64,000 nucleotides of DNA from Blepharisma stoltei ATCC 30299 (GCA_965603825.1 CBFDEM010000034.1:1-64000), one strand, 5' to 3'. Counted from the first letter of the stretch, positions 1 to 12,067 are shown. Numbers and translations: made by a program. The notes: generated by a model not told the origin, from the letters alone.

Positions 1-1051
1 ACACCCTAACACCCTAACACCCTAACACCCTAACACCCTAACACCCTAACACCCTAACACCCTAACACCCTAACACCCTAACACCCTAACACCCTAACAC
101 CCTAACACCCTAACACCCTAACACCCTAACACCCTAACACCCTAACACCCTAACACCCTAACACCCTAACACCCTAACACCCTAACACCCTAACACCCTA
201 ACACCCTAACACCCTAACACCCTAACACCCTAACACCCTAACACCCTAACACCCTAACACCCTAACACCCTAACACCCTAACACCCTAACACCCTAACAC
301 CCTAACACCCTAACACCCTAACACCCTAACACCCTAACACCCTAACACCCTAACACCCTAACACCCTAACACCCTAACACCCTAACACCCTAACACCCTA
401 ACACCCTAACACCCTAACACCCTAACACCCTAACACCCTAACACCCTAACACCCTAACACCCTAACACCCTAACACCCTAACACCCTAACACCCTAACAC
501 CCTAACACCCTAACACCCTAACACCCTAACACCCTAACACCCTAACACCCTAACACCCTAACACCCTAACACCCTAACACCCTAACACCCTAACACCCTA
601 ACACCCTAACACCCTAACACCCTAACACCCTAACACCCTAACACCCTAACACCCTAACACCCTAACACCCTAACACCCTAACACCCTAACACCCTAACAC
701 CCTAACACCCTAACACCCTAACACCCTAACACCCTAACACCCTAACACCCTAACACCCTAACACCCTAACACCCTAACACCCTAACACCCTAACACCCTA
801 ACACCCTAACACCCTAACACCCTAACACCCTAACACCCTAACACCCTAACACCCTAACACCCTAACACCCTAACACCCTAACACCCTAACACCCTAACAC
901 CCTAACACCCTAACACCCTAACACCCTAACACCCTAACACCCTAACACCCTAACACCCTAACACCCTAACACCCTAACACCCTAACACCCTAACACCCTA
1001 ACACCCTAACACCCTAACACCCTAACACCCTAACACCCTAACACCCTAACA
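1..1051 (+). repeat. Telomere, C-rich strand, (CCCTAACA)n, about 131 perfect 8-mers
   Basis: Uninterrupted 8-bp repeat from base 1, ending ...CCCTAACA|GAATT. CCCTAACA is the known heterotrich (Blepharisma/Stentor) telomeric repeat. Confidence 0.98.
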
Positions 1052-1505
1052 GAATTAAATTTTTACCTAATAACTAATAATTTATTAATTATTTATTTAG
1101 CTAATTACTATTTAAACATGTAAAAAAATAATGTCATTATGAGGATTTTTAATATTTAATTTATAAATCTTAAAATATATTTAGATTGAGAGCATGCTTT
1201 ATTGCAAATCACACACATAATACAAAATTTCTTTTTTTTATGCGAATTCTTAAGTATTCTAAAATTATATATTAATATTTTTTGAATAGTTGTTAAGCAC
1301 TCTATAATAATTTTTAATATTGATCAAAGTATCTATAAAGGCTTTGCTGCCTTATTAAATTGTATTTAAATCTTTTTTTATGTTGGTTACATTCTTCTAA
1401 CTTAATAAAATAAACTTGCAATTTAATATTTAAATTTAATTTATGGTTAATTTAAAGGTAATTTGAAATGGATAGTTTTCGCTTGCAAATAATAATTGAC
1501 TAGCA

Positions 1506-3777
1506 ATGGAAAATTTGCATAAACTTTGGTGGAGAGAAGAAGTAAATATCAAATTTCAGGTTCTCAAGAAATTTAGTTCTTCTATATGGGTCTTTGGAAC
1601 TATAACGCAGCTGATTTGAGCTTTGATGATGCCTGAAAAGATGAATCTTGTAATTATATATATTCCTTATTCAATTTTGTTTACTATTTTGTGCACTCTA
1701 ATTTGATATGCAAGCAAAAAAGGAGTGATTTGGAAAACTATAGTTTCTGTAGCCTACTCTGAGGGTTGCTGCTTAAAATATTTGAATGTTGGGACTTAAT
1801 CATTGCAAAATTTCAGATGTCCTTCTTTCAACACTTTCTATAATTTACATCAATAGCTTTGAGCTTCCTTTTATTGAATCTTCTTGGATAAAAAGTTTAA
1901 TAATTTGCAAGCACTTATTTTTATATCATTACATCAATTATTTCAATGGTAAAACGGAGCTTCTCATTGATTATATGCCTCATTTAATTACAATTTGTAT
2001 TTTATATTTGTATAATTTGAACTCTTATTATATTTCAGCAAAATCATTTGAAAGGTTTTTGTCTAAAAAGAGTGCTGAAGAAAGGTTAAACGTAGTTATA
2101 AATTTATTTACTGATGGGATTTTGATTATTTCTGAGAATAATCAGATCTTGTATTCAAATGCGCATTTCAATGACTTGCTTGGATGCAGCCAAAATGAGA
2201 TTTTAACAATTCTAGAAACTATTGAATATAGCCAGGGCAGAAAATACACAACTTTGACACCTTCAAATTATCTTATTGATGATATTAATTGAATAAGCAC
2301 TTTACAAGTGAATCAAGAAATCTGCTTTGGGCTGAGCAATGTCAGGGGAAATAATTTAGAATGAAAGGAAAGAAAGTGCTATGGGATGAAAAGGAAGCTG
2401 TGCTAATAATTGCTCACAATGCAAACAATATTATTCAATTGGAGCAGGCTCTTTCAGATAATAAACTAAAAAATATTCTTTTGAGATCAGTTTCTCATGA
2501 GCTGCGAACTCCTATTAATGTCATTTCATTTTTGGCTGAGTCTTTACTGTCTGAGTCATCAATAGCTGAAAATATTGAGTGGAAGGAAAAGCTAAATATG
2601 AATTCTGTGTCCTCCAAGTTGCTCATTTCATTAATCAACAATTTACTTGACTATTCAAGAATGCTAACTGGGGGTCTTTACTGTTCAAAAATCTAAATTC
2701 CTGCTGAGAGATGTGATTTCTAATACAATTCAGCTGATAAAGATTCAAGCAGAAAAAAAAGGTCTTTCTGTTATAACTAGAATTGATCCTGAACTACCTG
2801 ATTTTGCGTTCACAGACCCTCTCAGATTGAGCCAAATCCTTCTAAATCTTCTCAGCAACTCTCTTAAATTCACATTAAAAGGGTTTATTGAAGTATGCTG
2901 CACATTTTGTGCAGAATCCAAGCTAAAACTTGCAGTGTGTGACACTGGAATTGGTGTAGAGCAAGAAAAAGTGAAAAGCATTTTTGAAGAGTTCCATACA
3001 ATAAGAAGTCCAAATAATCCAAATGGATGTGGACTAGGTCTAAATATATCAAATAGAATAGCAAAGGCACTAGGTGGCCAAGCTATTGAACTCGAGTCTA
3101 TAGTTGACGAAGGATCAATATTTAGCTTCGTAGTCGACATAATGGAAGAATCTCCAGTAGAAGTAAGAATTGCTGAGGAGACTGATTTAAGGTCTATTTC
3201 AGAAGAAAAATACTCAATATCTATTAAAGATATTAATAAAATCAGGAATGAAAAAGATTTTGCTAAAGTATTAATCGTTGATGATAATGAATTTAATCGG
3301 ATGATTTTAGGAGAAATTTTGAAAAGTAGCAATATTTTGTATAATGAAGTTTGTACAGGGAAACAGGCAGTTGATATAGTGATTGAGATGGATAAGAAGG
3401 GTCGACCTTATCAAATATTATGCGATACACAAATTGTGTATAGAATTTTTTTCAGGTCTGGAGCCATTTAATTGTAGAGACTTCACAAGTGAAAAATTTT
3501 CTTAAGAGCGAAGCCTGGCACACAATTTGTGTATCTGAGTATAGTGATAATGGACGGAAGCATGCCAGAGATGAACGGTTGAGACGCCACAAAACGAATT
3601 ACTTTGCTACACAAATCAAAAGTAATAACAAACTTGCCTGTAGTTATTGGGTATACTGCTTTTACTTCAGAAGCTGATTTAGCTCTTTGTTTGGAGTCTG
3701 GGATGAAAGAATGTCTGATTAAGCCAGGAAACCCAAAAAGTCTTCTAGATGTAATCCATCGATATCTATTAATGTAA
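1506..3777 (+). pseudogene. Membrane-bound hybrid histidine kinase (TM-PAS-like-HisKA-HATPase-REC); disrupted as assembled by 3 frameshifts and a 126-bp insert
   Basis: H-box SVSHELRTPIN, N-box QILLNLLSNSLKFT, DTGIG, GCGLGL, receiver LIVDDNEFN...VIMDGSMPEMNG(W)...IKP, TAA 3775-3777. One-base frameshifts near 1785, 2364 (A run) and 2672 (G run). Could be consensus errors rather than a true pseudogene. Confidence 0.85.
3416..3543. mobile_element. TA-bounded IES / MITE-like insertion (126 bp plus one TA) with 16-bp subterminal inverted repeats
   Basis: TA at 3416-17 and 3542-43. GATACACAAATTGTGT (3424-3439) and ACACAATTTGTGTATC (3520-3535) each lie 8 bp from an end. Excision leaving one TA restores Y-Q-I-V-I-M-D of the receiver domain. 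Confidence 0.9.
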
Positions 3778-4241
3778 TAAATTGTATATAATAATCAAAA
3801 AAAAATTGAGGCTAACTGAAATTTAAGCAATTCAAATTTACCAAGTGAATTCCAATATTTATAATAAATTTAATGCTATTTTTTTGTTTTAAAATCCATG
3901 CTACCTCCAAATAATTTTTATAAGGGGAATGCAGTTTTATTAATCTAGGACAGGTATTTTTATAATTGTGGCTTTACATTATTTGAAATCTAAAGTGTTC
4001 TCTGAATAAGAAATAAGATAATCAGTAAGAGAATGAAAGCATAATCTATAGAAATTCAAAATACTCGAATTGAATATTCTAATTAAGCCTCGCAGATCAG
4101 ACCATCATACCTCAAAAAATAATATTTATATTAGCTACACGATGCAAATCTGGGATTTTTATAAATGTGATGAACGAAGCTTTCTTTTGTTGGTCTCAAT
4201 GCTATGCAGACTGAATCCGATTATATATTTTAGATATATAA

Positions 4242-4589
4242 ATGGGTTTAACATTTAAGGAATCCCTTGTAATTGCTTCAACCCTATATATTGTTACAGT
4301 GTACAATCTAAATCAAGGATACATCAAAAACAAGCACTATATTGATCCTTTTTTCAAGAAGCCTAGCTTTGGGAGATATAGCGAAGCTCTATGTGAAGAT
4401 GCAATCAAAATCGAACACGAAATGACAAGAAATTATGAAAAAGTATCTTCCAAGTACCAAAAGCAAGGTCTTGCATTGACCAGAAATATGTATCTAACTG
4501 CAGGCTCTAATCTTAACTCCACTAAAGGAGAAAGCAACCCAAATATCCAAACTCGTCTTAGAAATCGCATGGAATCTCTAGAGCAATAA
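4242..4589 (+). CDS. Hypothetical protein, 115 aa, N-terminal hydrophobic segment
   Basis: ATG in TATAA-ATG context, TAA stop, coding-like composition; no recognisable motif. Confidence 0.55.
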   Translation: MGLTFKESLVIASTLYIVTVYNLNQGYIKNKHYIDPFFKKPSFGRYSEALCEDAIKIEHEMTRNYEKVSSKYQKQGLALTRNMYLTAGSNLNSTKGESNPNIQTRLRNRMESLEQ

Positions 4590-5149
4590 ATTCAATTGAT
4601 AGGTATAAGATAATAATCCTAGCACTTGGCTATGGCTTTAAATGCTCATTTTACTATGCTAATAAGGTCTTTATAGCTAATCGGATTAAATTATCACAGC
4701 TCATGCTATTGATTATAAATTTTATAAATAAAATTGTCTATATTGCAAATTCATATGAATATTTTAAGAATATTAATTATAATGCTAAATATTTATATGA
4801 AAAAGTTTATTATTTGTAATAATTAATAAGTTATATATGCAATTACTCTTGAATCCATTTTAACAGTTTCTTTGTAAAAAGCACTTCTTTTAGGTGTTTT
4901 CTTTTAGAAAAATGCATTTTTCAGTAATACATATAAGAAGAAGCTTCAATGACTATTCAATATTCAATAAAAAGCCCATACCAAAATTCCATAAATTTTG
5001 ACAACTCTCATTAATTTCAATTTTCCTTAATTTCTAATCACCAAAATTAACTACGCCCACTATCTCCTAACCCTTTATAACAATCCTAATAAAAACTATT
5101 TTTTCTGGCTTTCCAGCCCTTCAGAATTCACTAGATCACTCTTATAAAA

Positions 5150-6340
5150 ATGTCAGCAAGCGATATATTTCGACAGCTGCAAGCCGATAAAGAAAATACT
5201 CGCTGCTTTGACTGCGGAAAAGCTGGAGCTCAATGGGCTTCAGTTTCTCATGGCATCTTCCTCTGCTTAGAGTGTTCAGGCCAGCACCGTTCTTTAGGAG
5301 TTCACATAAGTTACGTAAGATCTCTCACAATGGACACATGGTCTCCCAAGCAGCTTCAGCTTATGTCTAACGGAGGAAACAGGCGACTTAGGGAATATTT
5401 TACCTCTTATTCTATGCCCCAGTGCAGTACAATTCAATTCAAGTATTATACAAAAGCAGCTGAATATTATAGAGAGCTTCTCAAAGCTGAGGTCGAAAGG
5501 CGTCAATTAAGCTATCCACCTCCCACCCCTTCTATAGCCCTTCAGCCTTATGCTCAAGCCCCTTCTCCTAGGCCTCAAGTTCCTCGTCCTGTGGATACTC
5601 GTACATCAATAGAAAACCCTAATTTCTCGACAAATTGCAGATCTGATTATTCTCGATCTGATGAAAATTCATCATGGTGGGGAACTTCAAAAGCACTCCT
5701 TGGTGGGGCTGTTTCTAAAGCTTCTGAATGGACTTCTCTCGCTGTAGAAACAGTAAAAGACAATGGACTTATTGGGAGCATCAAAAGCAGGGCATCTGTT
5801 GTGCTAGACAAATCCAAAGAAATAGGTGGAAATTTGGCTGACAAAATAAGGGAAACTAATATTGGGGAAAAATCATTAGACGCACTAAGTACAGTTGGAG
5901 GATATGTGTCTGAAGGAGCTTATGCAGCTTATAATAAAGTAAAAGGGAAGCCTTCTTTGTATAGAGATATTGATGATCTGCCTAATGATGTAGGGGAGAA
6001 GTTGTATAATGTTAAGGATAATTCTCAGTATGGAGGACAGCCGAAGGGAAACTATGTACCACCTCAAGGTGAGTTTAGCTGAAAAAAGGATGAAAATTTG
6101 ATGCAGCCGAAACAAGATCAGAAGTATTTTAATTACAATAGGGCGGAACCAAATCGAACGTTTGGGTACCAGAAAGAAATAAATTACAACCAAGATAGAG
6201 GATATTATCAAAGAGAAGAAAGGAGCTACCAAAGAGAAGAGCCAAGGTATTATCAAGAGCAAAGAAACTATTATCAAAATGGGACAAGATCCCAAACGTT
6301 TGAGGAGGTTCCTGATTTTTTGACTGGAGATATTAAATAG
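5150..6340 (+). CDS. ArfGAP1-like ADP-ribosylation factor GTPase-activating protein
   Basis: CFDC-x16-CLEC zinc finger, HRSLGVHISYVRSLTMD, GGN. TGA(Trp) at 6080 joins the 6098-6340 ORF in frame; ends in TAG. Confidence 0.93.
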
Positions 6341-7218
6341 AATAAACTTGCTTAAACTAATACAAGATTTTTTATGTCCTAAATATCTTTTTATTTCAAA
6401 AAAATCTGGATTTGCTATAGAAATTCCGATATAAAATCATAGATAATTTAAGTAAACTAATGATAATTTGAGTCAATGCAGAGAGATATTTCATGCCTTA
6501 AGGTCTTTAACAACTTGGGCTTTACTTTTTTGGATTTCATTAAAATACTGATAAAAGTGATGGAAGAAGTGTCAGTGTACGAGTTGATCTGATGCTTATT
6601 CATCCTACTAAAGAATTTAATAAAGGAATTCTAACGTTAGCAATTAGTATATATCTAGCCTGTTAAATAGAGAAGATCTAGTTTTAATAATATCTAACCG
6701 CTTGCAGTAAGTGTTTTATTAAATAAATCTTCTTATTATAGATGTATGAGGGAAATGTAATATCTCAAGCCAGACTACACTCTTGCAAATTATCAGAGCA
6801 ACTCTTTCTCGACAGCTACTTATGATTTTACAAAAGAGACTATAAAGATCATTATAAATGCAGAAAGGAGATTGTATTTAATTTAGATTAAAGCAAAATT
6901 GAGGGATGCAATGCTTGGCTGACCAAATAATATATTCTAAAGATTTTCTAATGGATCGTTTATTCAATATAGGAGCAATATATATCAGGTGTAAAGGTAA
7001 AAGATAAATCCAAATATTTCAAGTTTGAAATGAATGAAAAAAGATACTGAACTGTAATAGAAAAGTCTCTTTGTAATTATTCATTATTTTTAATGAAAAT
7101 TACTGATTCTTATTTGAAAGTGGCTTTAATTTATTTTAATACCTTTTTGATTGTCCTTATAGAATTATAAAAATACTATGTGATAGACAGTTTAGATTTA
7201 GCTTATATTGCGATATAT

Positions 7219-8778
7219 CTAAGCATTACGGAGCTTATACGAATTAACCAGAGCCAAGACCTCAGCATTAATCAGATCATTAGCCCTAACATAAATTGAC
7301 CCACTTGCGATTTTCTTTTCCCTTTCTTCTTCAATTTTCATAATCAAGCTATGAGTCTGCTTTATTTTCTTCATATAGTCGTCTATCAATTGGTCAGTTT
7401 TCGCTCTTTTTGCCTGAAAAGCTGCTTTTTCATGCTTGAAAAACACTTGAATCCCGCTGTTGTATTTTTCTTGTAAAATATAATTTCGCTTATTCTGCAT
7501 CAGACTCCTCGCCTTGGCAATAGTATTTAGTTTCTTCGCCTTCAGTTTTGTATATAAATCAATAAATCATTCAATTCCTGGGTGTTTTTCTGTGACTTCT
7601 CCTGTTTCTAGATTCCTAAATCTGATTATTCCATTATCCTCAAAATATGTCCAGGGCTTCTGCAAAGGGTTTTTTAAAAATTCCACTGCCACATTTAAAT
7701 ACTGGGCGTCTTTTTTGGGGTCCATCCGCAAAACTTTGGCTGCTTTGATGATATCTTTAGTAGTTGGGTCTGAAATGGGGTGCAAGTATTGGTCAGGGCT
7801 GCTTTCGTCAGATTCTGGGATATCAGAAAAAGTCAATTCTCCTGAATACGTAAAGTTGTCACTGTGCAGCTCGCTTCCTAAAGCAGGTCCTTTTCTGGTA
7901 AAAGATACCTCTTCTAATCGTTCTATTTTATTGCGATAAGGACTTCTGTCTCCATCTAGCCTTATCTCATGCTCAAAATTATTTCAAAGCAGATCAGTGT
8001 CTTGTTCTTCTCCTGACTCACTTCGGTATCTGCTGAGTTTTGGCTTGATGACTTCTTTTCCTTTGTATTTATTATGCATTGATGAAGGGCTGAGCTTTCC
8101 TGACTGGCTTAAATGGAGATGCAAAGTTGCGTATTCGTTCCTTAACGCCATGTTTTCAGCTTTTAAGACTTGTAATTCTGATTCTTGTTCTTTAAGAATT
8201 GATTCATTCTGCTCCTGGAGCTGAGATAGTTTTTCAAGCTTTATAGTACTTATACTTTGCTGAAATGACAAAGGGGTCTGAGTGTAATACTCCGTCTCAT
8301 TAAAACTCCTATTTCTTGAAGAATCCTGAATATGGCGCTCAAAAATGCCTTGCAGCTCTGTGGCTTGCTTATCAAATGACTGCTTCAGAATGCTCGCTTG
8401 TGTTGTGACTATATTTTGCATGCTTTCTAATATTTGATCCAGATTATTAATTTTTGGGATTGGTTCTGTTTGAGGTCTTTCTTGCTCTTTATGAGGAGGA
8501 GCATTACTTGGATGTCTTCTGCTGAGATGCTTTTCCAGAAAATCAGTCCCCATAAAGCACTTTGAGCAGTATGGGCATTTTGCAGCTTTATTGTCAAGCA
8601 TGCTCCTATGCATATAAACTGACGTAGATGGCTGCTTAAGTAGATACTCATACGTGGCTAATGTTTGTGCTTTCGCTTCTAGCTGCTGTTTGAGCTTTGC
8701 AACCAGTTTTTTATGCTTATGAACTTGGTTTTTCAGCTCGAAAACTTCACTTGGGTCTTCTGATGTGCTTAATTTCAT
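7219..8778 (-). CDS. Coiled-coil protein with DZIP1/Iguana-like C2H2 finger and CEP164-like helical+WW module (putative basal body protein)
   Basis: Three ORFs join in frame through TGA at 7984 and 7567. Motifs CPYCSKCF...LEKHLSRRH and AAKVLRMDPKKDAQYLNVAVEFLKNPLQKPW...FRNLETGEVTEKHP. First ATG at 8778. Confidence 0.75.
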
Positions 8779-8834
8779 TTCTTTTATATTCAAAAACTAT
8801 GAATAAAAAATTAATTAAAATTACTAAATTTTTT

Positions 8835-10829
8835 TTAACTGACAGTAACCACCTTTGCAAGGCCTCTTGGGTGGTCAGGGTCAAGGTCTCTAGCAATGCT
8901 CAAGTAATATGCAAGAAGCTGCATAGGTATAACAGCTAGCAAAGCTGTTAGAGGCCCACTTTCTTCAATTTTGATCACTTTGTAAGGTGGCTTTGAAGAT
9001 GTGATTAAGTCTGGGTTCGAAGTGATCACAATAGCTCTTGCTCCTCTTCCAGTGACTTCAGCTAAGGCTAAATTCATCAATTCTTTATGCTCGTCGTTCA
9101 AAATAATCAAAATTATAGGTGTCCCTTCATTTATCAAGGCAAAAGGTCCATGCTTTAATGCACCTCCTGGGTAGCCTTCAGCATGAAGTCTGGTCAGTTC
9201 TTTAATCTTCAATGCTCCTTCTTTTGCAATAGACTCAGCTAAGCCTCGGCCTAAAATAAACATGTGCTGGTCATGGACAAGTTCTGCAGCAAGCTCTTTT
9301 ATTGGCTCTTTGGTCTGTGCTATTACTGAACCGATCTGCATTGGGAATTTTAGCAAACAGTTCACCAAGACTTGCCTTTTCGCAAAGTCTTCTGGCTTTG
9401 ACTGTGCAGACAGTCACAGGGCGATTTCAGCTAAAATTATGCAAGAGTTCATAAAGCTTTTTGTAGAAGCCACTGCGATTTCTCTTCCGGAGTTCATATA
9501 AACCCCATGCTTTGTAAGTCTGGATAGCTGTGAGCCGACTACATTGACTACAGAAAGCGAAAATACATCTTTTTCTACTAGTCTCCCAAGTGGCTCTACA
9601 ACATCTCTGGTTTCGCCACTTTGGCTGATAGCAATAATTCCTGGGTGGTCTTTAGGAATATCAAGATATGTAGTTTCTGAGCCGTCTAATACTTGGACAC
9701 TGTTCATAACTTCAAAAGACTTTATTAGATGGGCTCCAAACATAGCAGCGTGCATAGAAGTTCCACATCCCATAATGACGAGATTTTTAACAGCTAGAAG
9801 TTTGTCCTTGACTTCTTCAATTCCTCCGAGTTTAGCTGAATCTCTAGTTAGCCTTGCTCCGAAGTTCATAGCTCTGGCAGCTGATTCAGGCTGCTCTTCG
9901 ATTTCTTTCAGAGTCCAGTGAGGGTAGTTTCCTAAGGAAACATCAGAGGAGTCATGCATAGTTTCTATCCGATTTTTTTCAATTTCCATTTTCTTCGGGT
10001 CTAATGACCAGACCTCGCCTTCTTCTAGGGCTATAAATTTTTTAGTAAATTTGCTAAATGCAGCTTGTTCGCTACCTACAAAAAGTTCATTATGGCCTAT
10101 CCCTACCAGCATAGGGCTCCCTTTTCTCGCAACAATTATATGATCAGGTTCTTCTTTACTAATTATTGCAAGTCCCCAGGTCCCATTAAGCCTCTGCAAA
10201 GCCAATTTTGTGGAAATTTTGAGACTATGGCCTTCATCCATATACATCCCTATAAGTAAAGCTATAAGCTCTGTATCAGTTTCTGTCTTAATAGGAATAT
10301 TATGTTGTGCTAATATTGACCGGATTTCGTGAGTATTTGTAATTGTCCCGTTGTGGACTAGAGAAATTCTGTTTCGGTGATCTGAATGAGGATGAGCGTT
10401 TTCGTCTGTAACTCCTCCATGTGTAGCCCATCGGGTATGTCCGATGCCTAAGGTGCTGTTGGAGTGCTTAGGGACTGAGTCTGCTTTTAGTCTCTTTATT
10501 GAGTCAGAAATTTTTAATTTATCGCTAGCGTATTTGGTAACTTTTATTTCCCCTTCATGATAAGTGGCAATTCCTGCTGAGTCGTAGCCTCTGTTTTGGA
10601 CCTCAGTCAGCCCGTTCAAAAGGACTTCGGCAGCTTTGGGGGTTGACCCTATGTACCCGACGATTCCACAGTTTTCGATCAACTTTTTTTGGTAATCCAG
10701 AGTAGCATAGGTGCCGGCTAAAGCAAACAGAAAGCTAATTAGAGGAGTTTTGGACTGGCTTTGTGTATTTTCAGAGCTGAAAAGAAGTGATCTGAGCTTA
10801 AAAATTCTGGAAAGTCTTGAAAAAAGCAT
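8835..10829 (-). CDS. GFAT: Glutamine--fructose-6-phosphate aminotransferase (GFAT/GlmS) with a 53-aa N-terminal extension
   Basis: CGIVGY, NRGYDSAG, GHTRWATHG, HNG, TDTE, SQSGET, VASTK, KHGP, PRGLAKVVTV. TGA(Trp) at 9414 joins the two ORFs. Confidence 0.96.
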
Positions 10830-11400
10830 TTATAATTGTTTCTATTAAATTGTAAAAAATGTAAAGCGCATATTGATAGGAAAAAATGTCCTGACGTGTC
10901 AAATAAACAAAAATTGTAGATGAGAAGGCAGGTCTTAAAATCTTATTACAAGATCTAGGGAGAGCTCAAACCTACCAGCTTGAAATTGAATTGCAATAAT
11001 GGCATATAAAATTATTAAAGCTTATAATTTTTCCAGCTTAGAGCTTTTGAGGCTATCGAAATTGCAAGGATGTATTATTTTTTTAATACAGTCAAGTTAT
11101 ATAAAATATTTTCCTATTAAAAATTTTGCTATAAACTAGACTGAAACTGACATAGACAAATTATAAGATAGAGACTATCTTTATGGTAAATAAAATGAAT
11201 AATAAGACGCCAATAATTTCATTTTCTATCAAATTTGATTAGTCAAAAATATTTTAAAATCTTTATTTCAGACAATAATATTGTCAAGCTTCTTACTTAA
11301 GCCTGTTATATCAGACATTCTTTTTACCCTAGACACTTCATCTGGAAACTATCTATAATAGATTAAAAATTTATCACAAGTAATAAAAATAATCAATTAA

Positions 11401-11766
11401 ATGTCAGGCGGTTTCTGGGGCTGGGCTCGAAAGCTGCAGATGAAGTGCTCATGCATGGAGTCTGAAATTGATCATAACGACGCTCCAATAATCAGCGAAA
11501 CACAAGAGCCAAGCAATGAAGGCAAAACATTTACTGTTATAATTCGATTTTTGACTGGGAAAACTTTGAAAGTTGAGGTAAAACAAGGCGATGGAGTTAA
11601 TCATTTGAGGTCGAAAATTCAAGATTTAGATGGGACTCCAATAGCCCAGCAAAGACTGATCTTTGCAGGCAAGCCAATTGGGGAAGAAAATCCAAATGAG
11701 CTTTTATCTGAATGCGGAATAACTGGACCTGCAACTATTCATTTATTACTGAAATTGGCATCATAA
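11401..11766 (+). CDS. Ubiquitin-like domain protein lacking C-terminal di-glycine
   Basis: FLTGKTLKVEV...KIQDLDGTPIAQQRLIFAGK...TIHLLLKL ubiquitin-fold signature. Confidence 0.85.
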   Translation: MSGGFWGWARKLQMKCSCMESEIDHNDAPIISETQEPSNEGKTFTVIIRFLTGKTLKVEVKQGDGVNHLRSKIQDLDGTPIAQQRLIFAGKPIGEENPNELLSECGITGPATIHLLLKLAS

Positions 11767-12067
11767 GCTATTCTTTTTGAATTTAGGGTTGAATAATTTA
11801 AAGTAAAACGAATTCAAGCTAAATTTTCGATGTTCAAACGGGACATAAAATATTTAAGTATATTAAAAAATTATCTCACGAAAATCTTAATGTCCAGTCA
11901 GAATTTCTTAAAAATTTCATATGTGTCTATATAAAAATCTAAAAATTCCTATAATGTTATTTACCTACCCATTCTAATCTGTTATCTTCGACTAATTTCT
12001 GTATTTCCCTCAGATTTCTCTGATTTTTTATTCCTTTATTTCCTAGTCATTTTCAACTATAATAAAT

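Noticed and set aside
1-1051. CRISPR array or satellite interpretation of the terminal repeat
   Set aside because: No spacers; it is a terminal 8-mer matching the heterotrich telomere.
3489-3677. ORF 3489-3677 as a separate gene
   Set aside because: It starts inside the insert and is out of frame with the real receiver domain.
6400-7100. Long intergenic stretch as a possible IES or gene
   Set aside because: No open frame under the TGA=Trp code and no terminal inverted repeats found by eye.
9414-9416. In-frame TGA as selenocysteine or as nonsense mutations
   Set aside because: TGAs align with Trp and interchange with TGG among paralogs across many unrelated genes.
8835-10829. Bacterial contamination or a prokaryotic island (glmS-like gene, histidine kinase, intronless genes)
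   Set aside because: Contiguous with a ciliate telomere and COPA/ArfGAP, and uses the same UGA=Trp code. Ancient transfer is not excluded.
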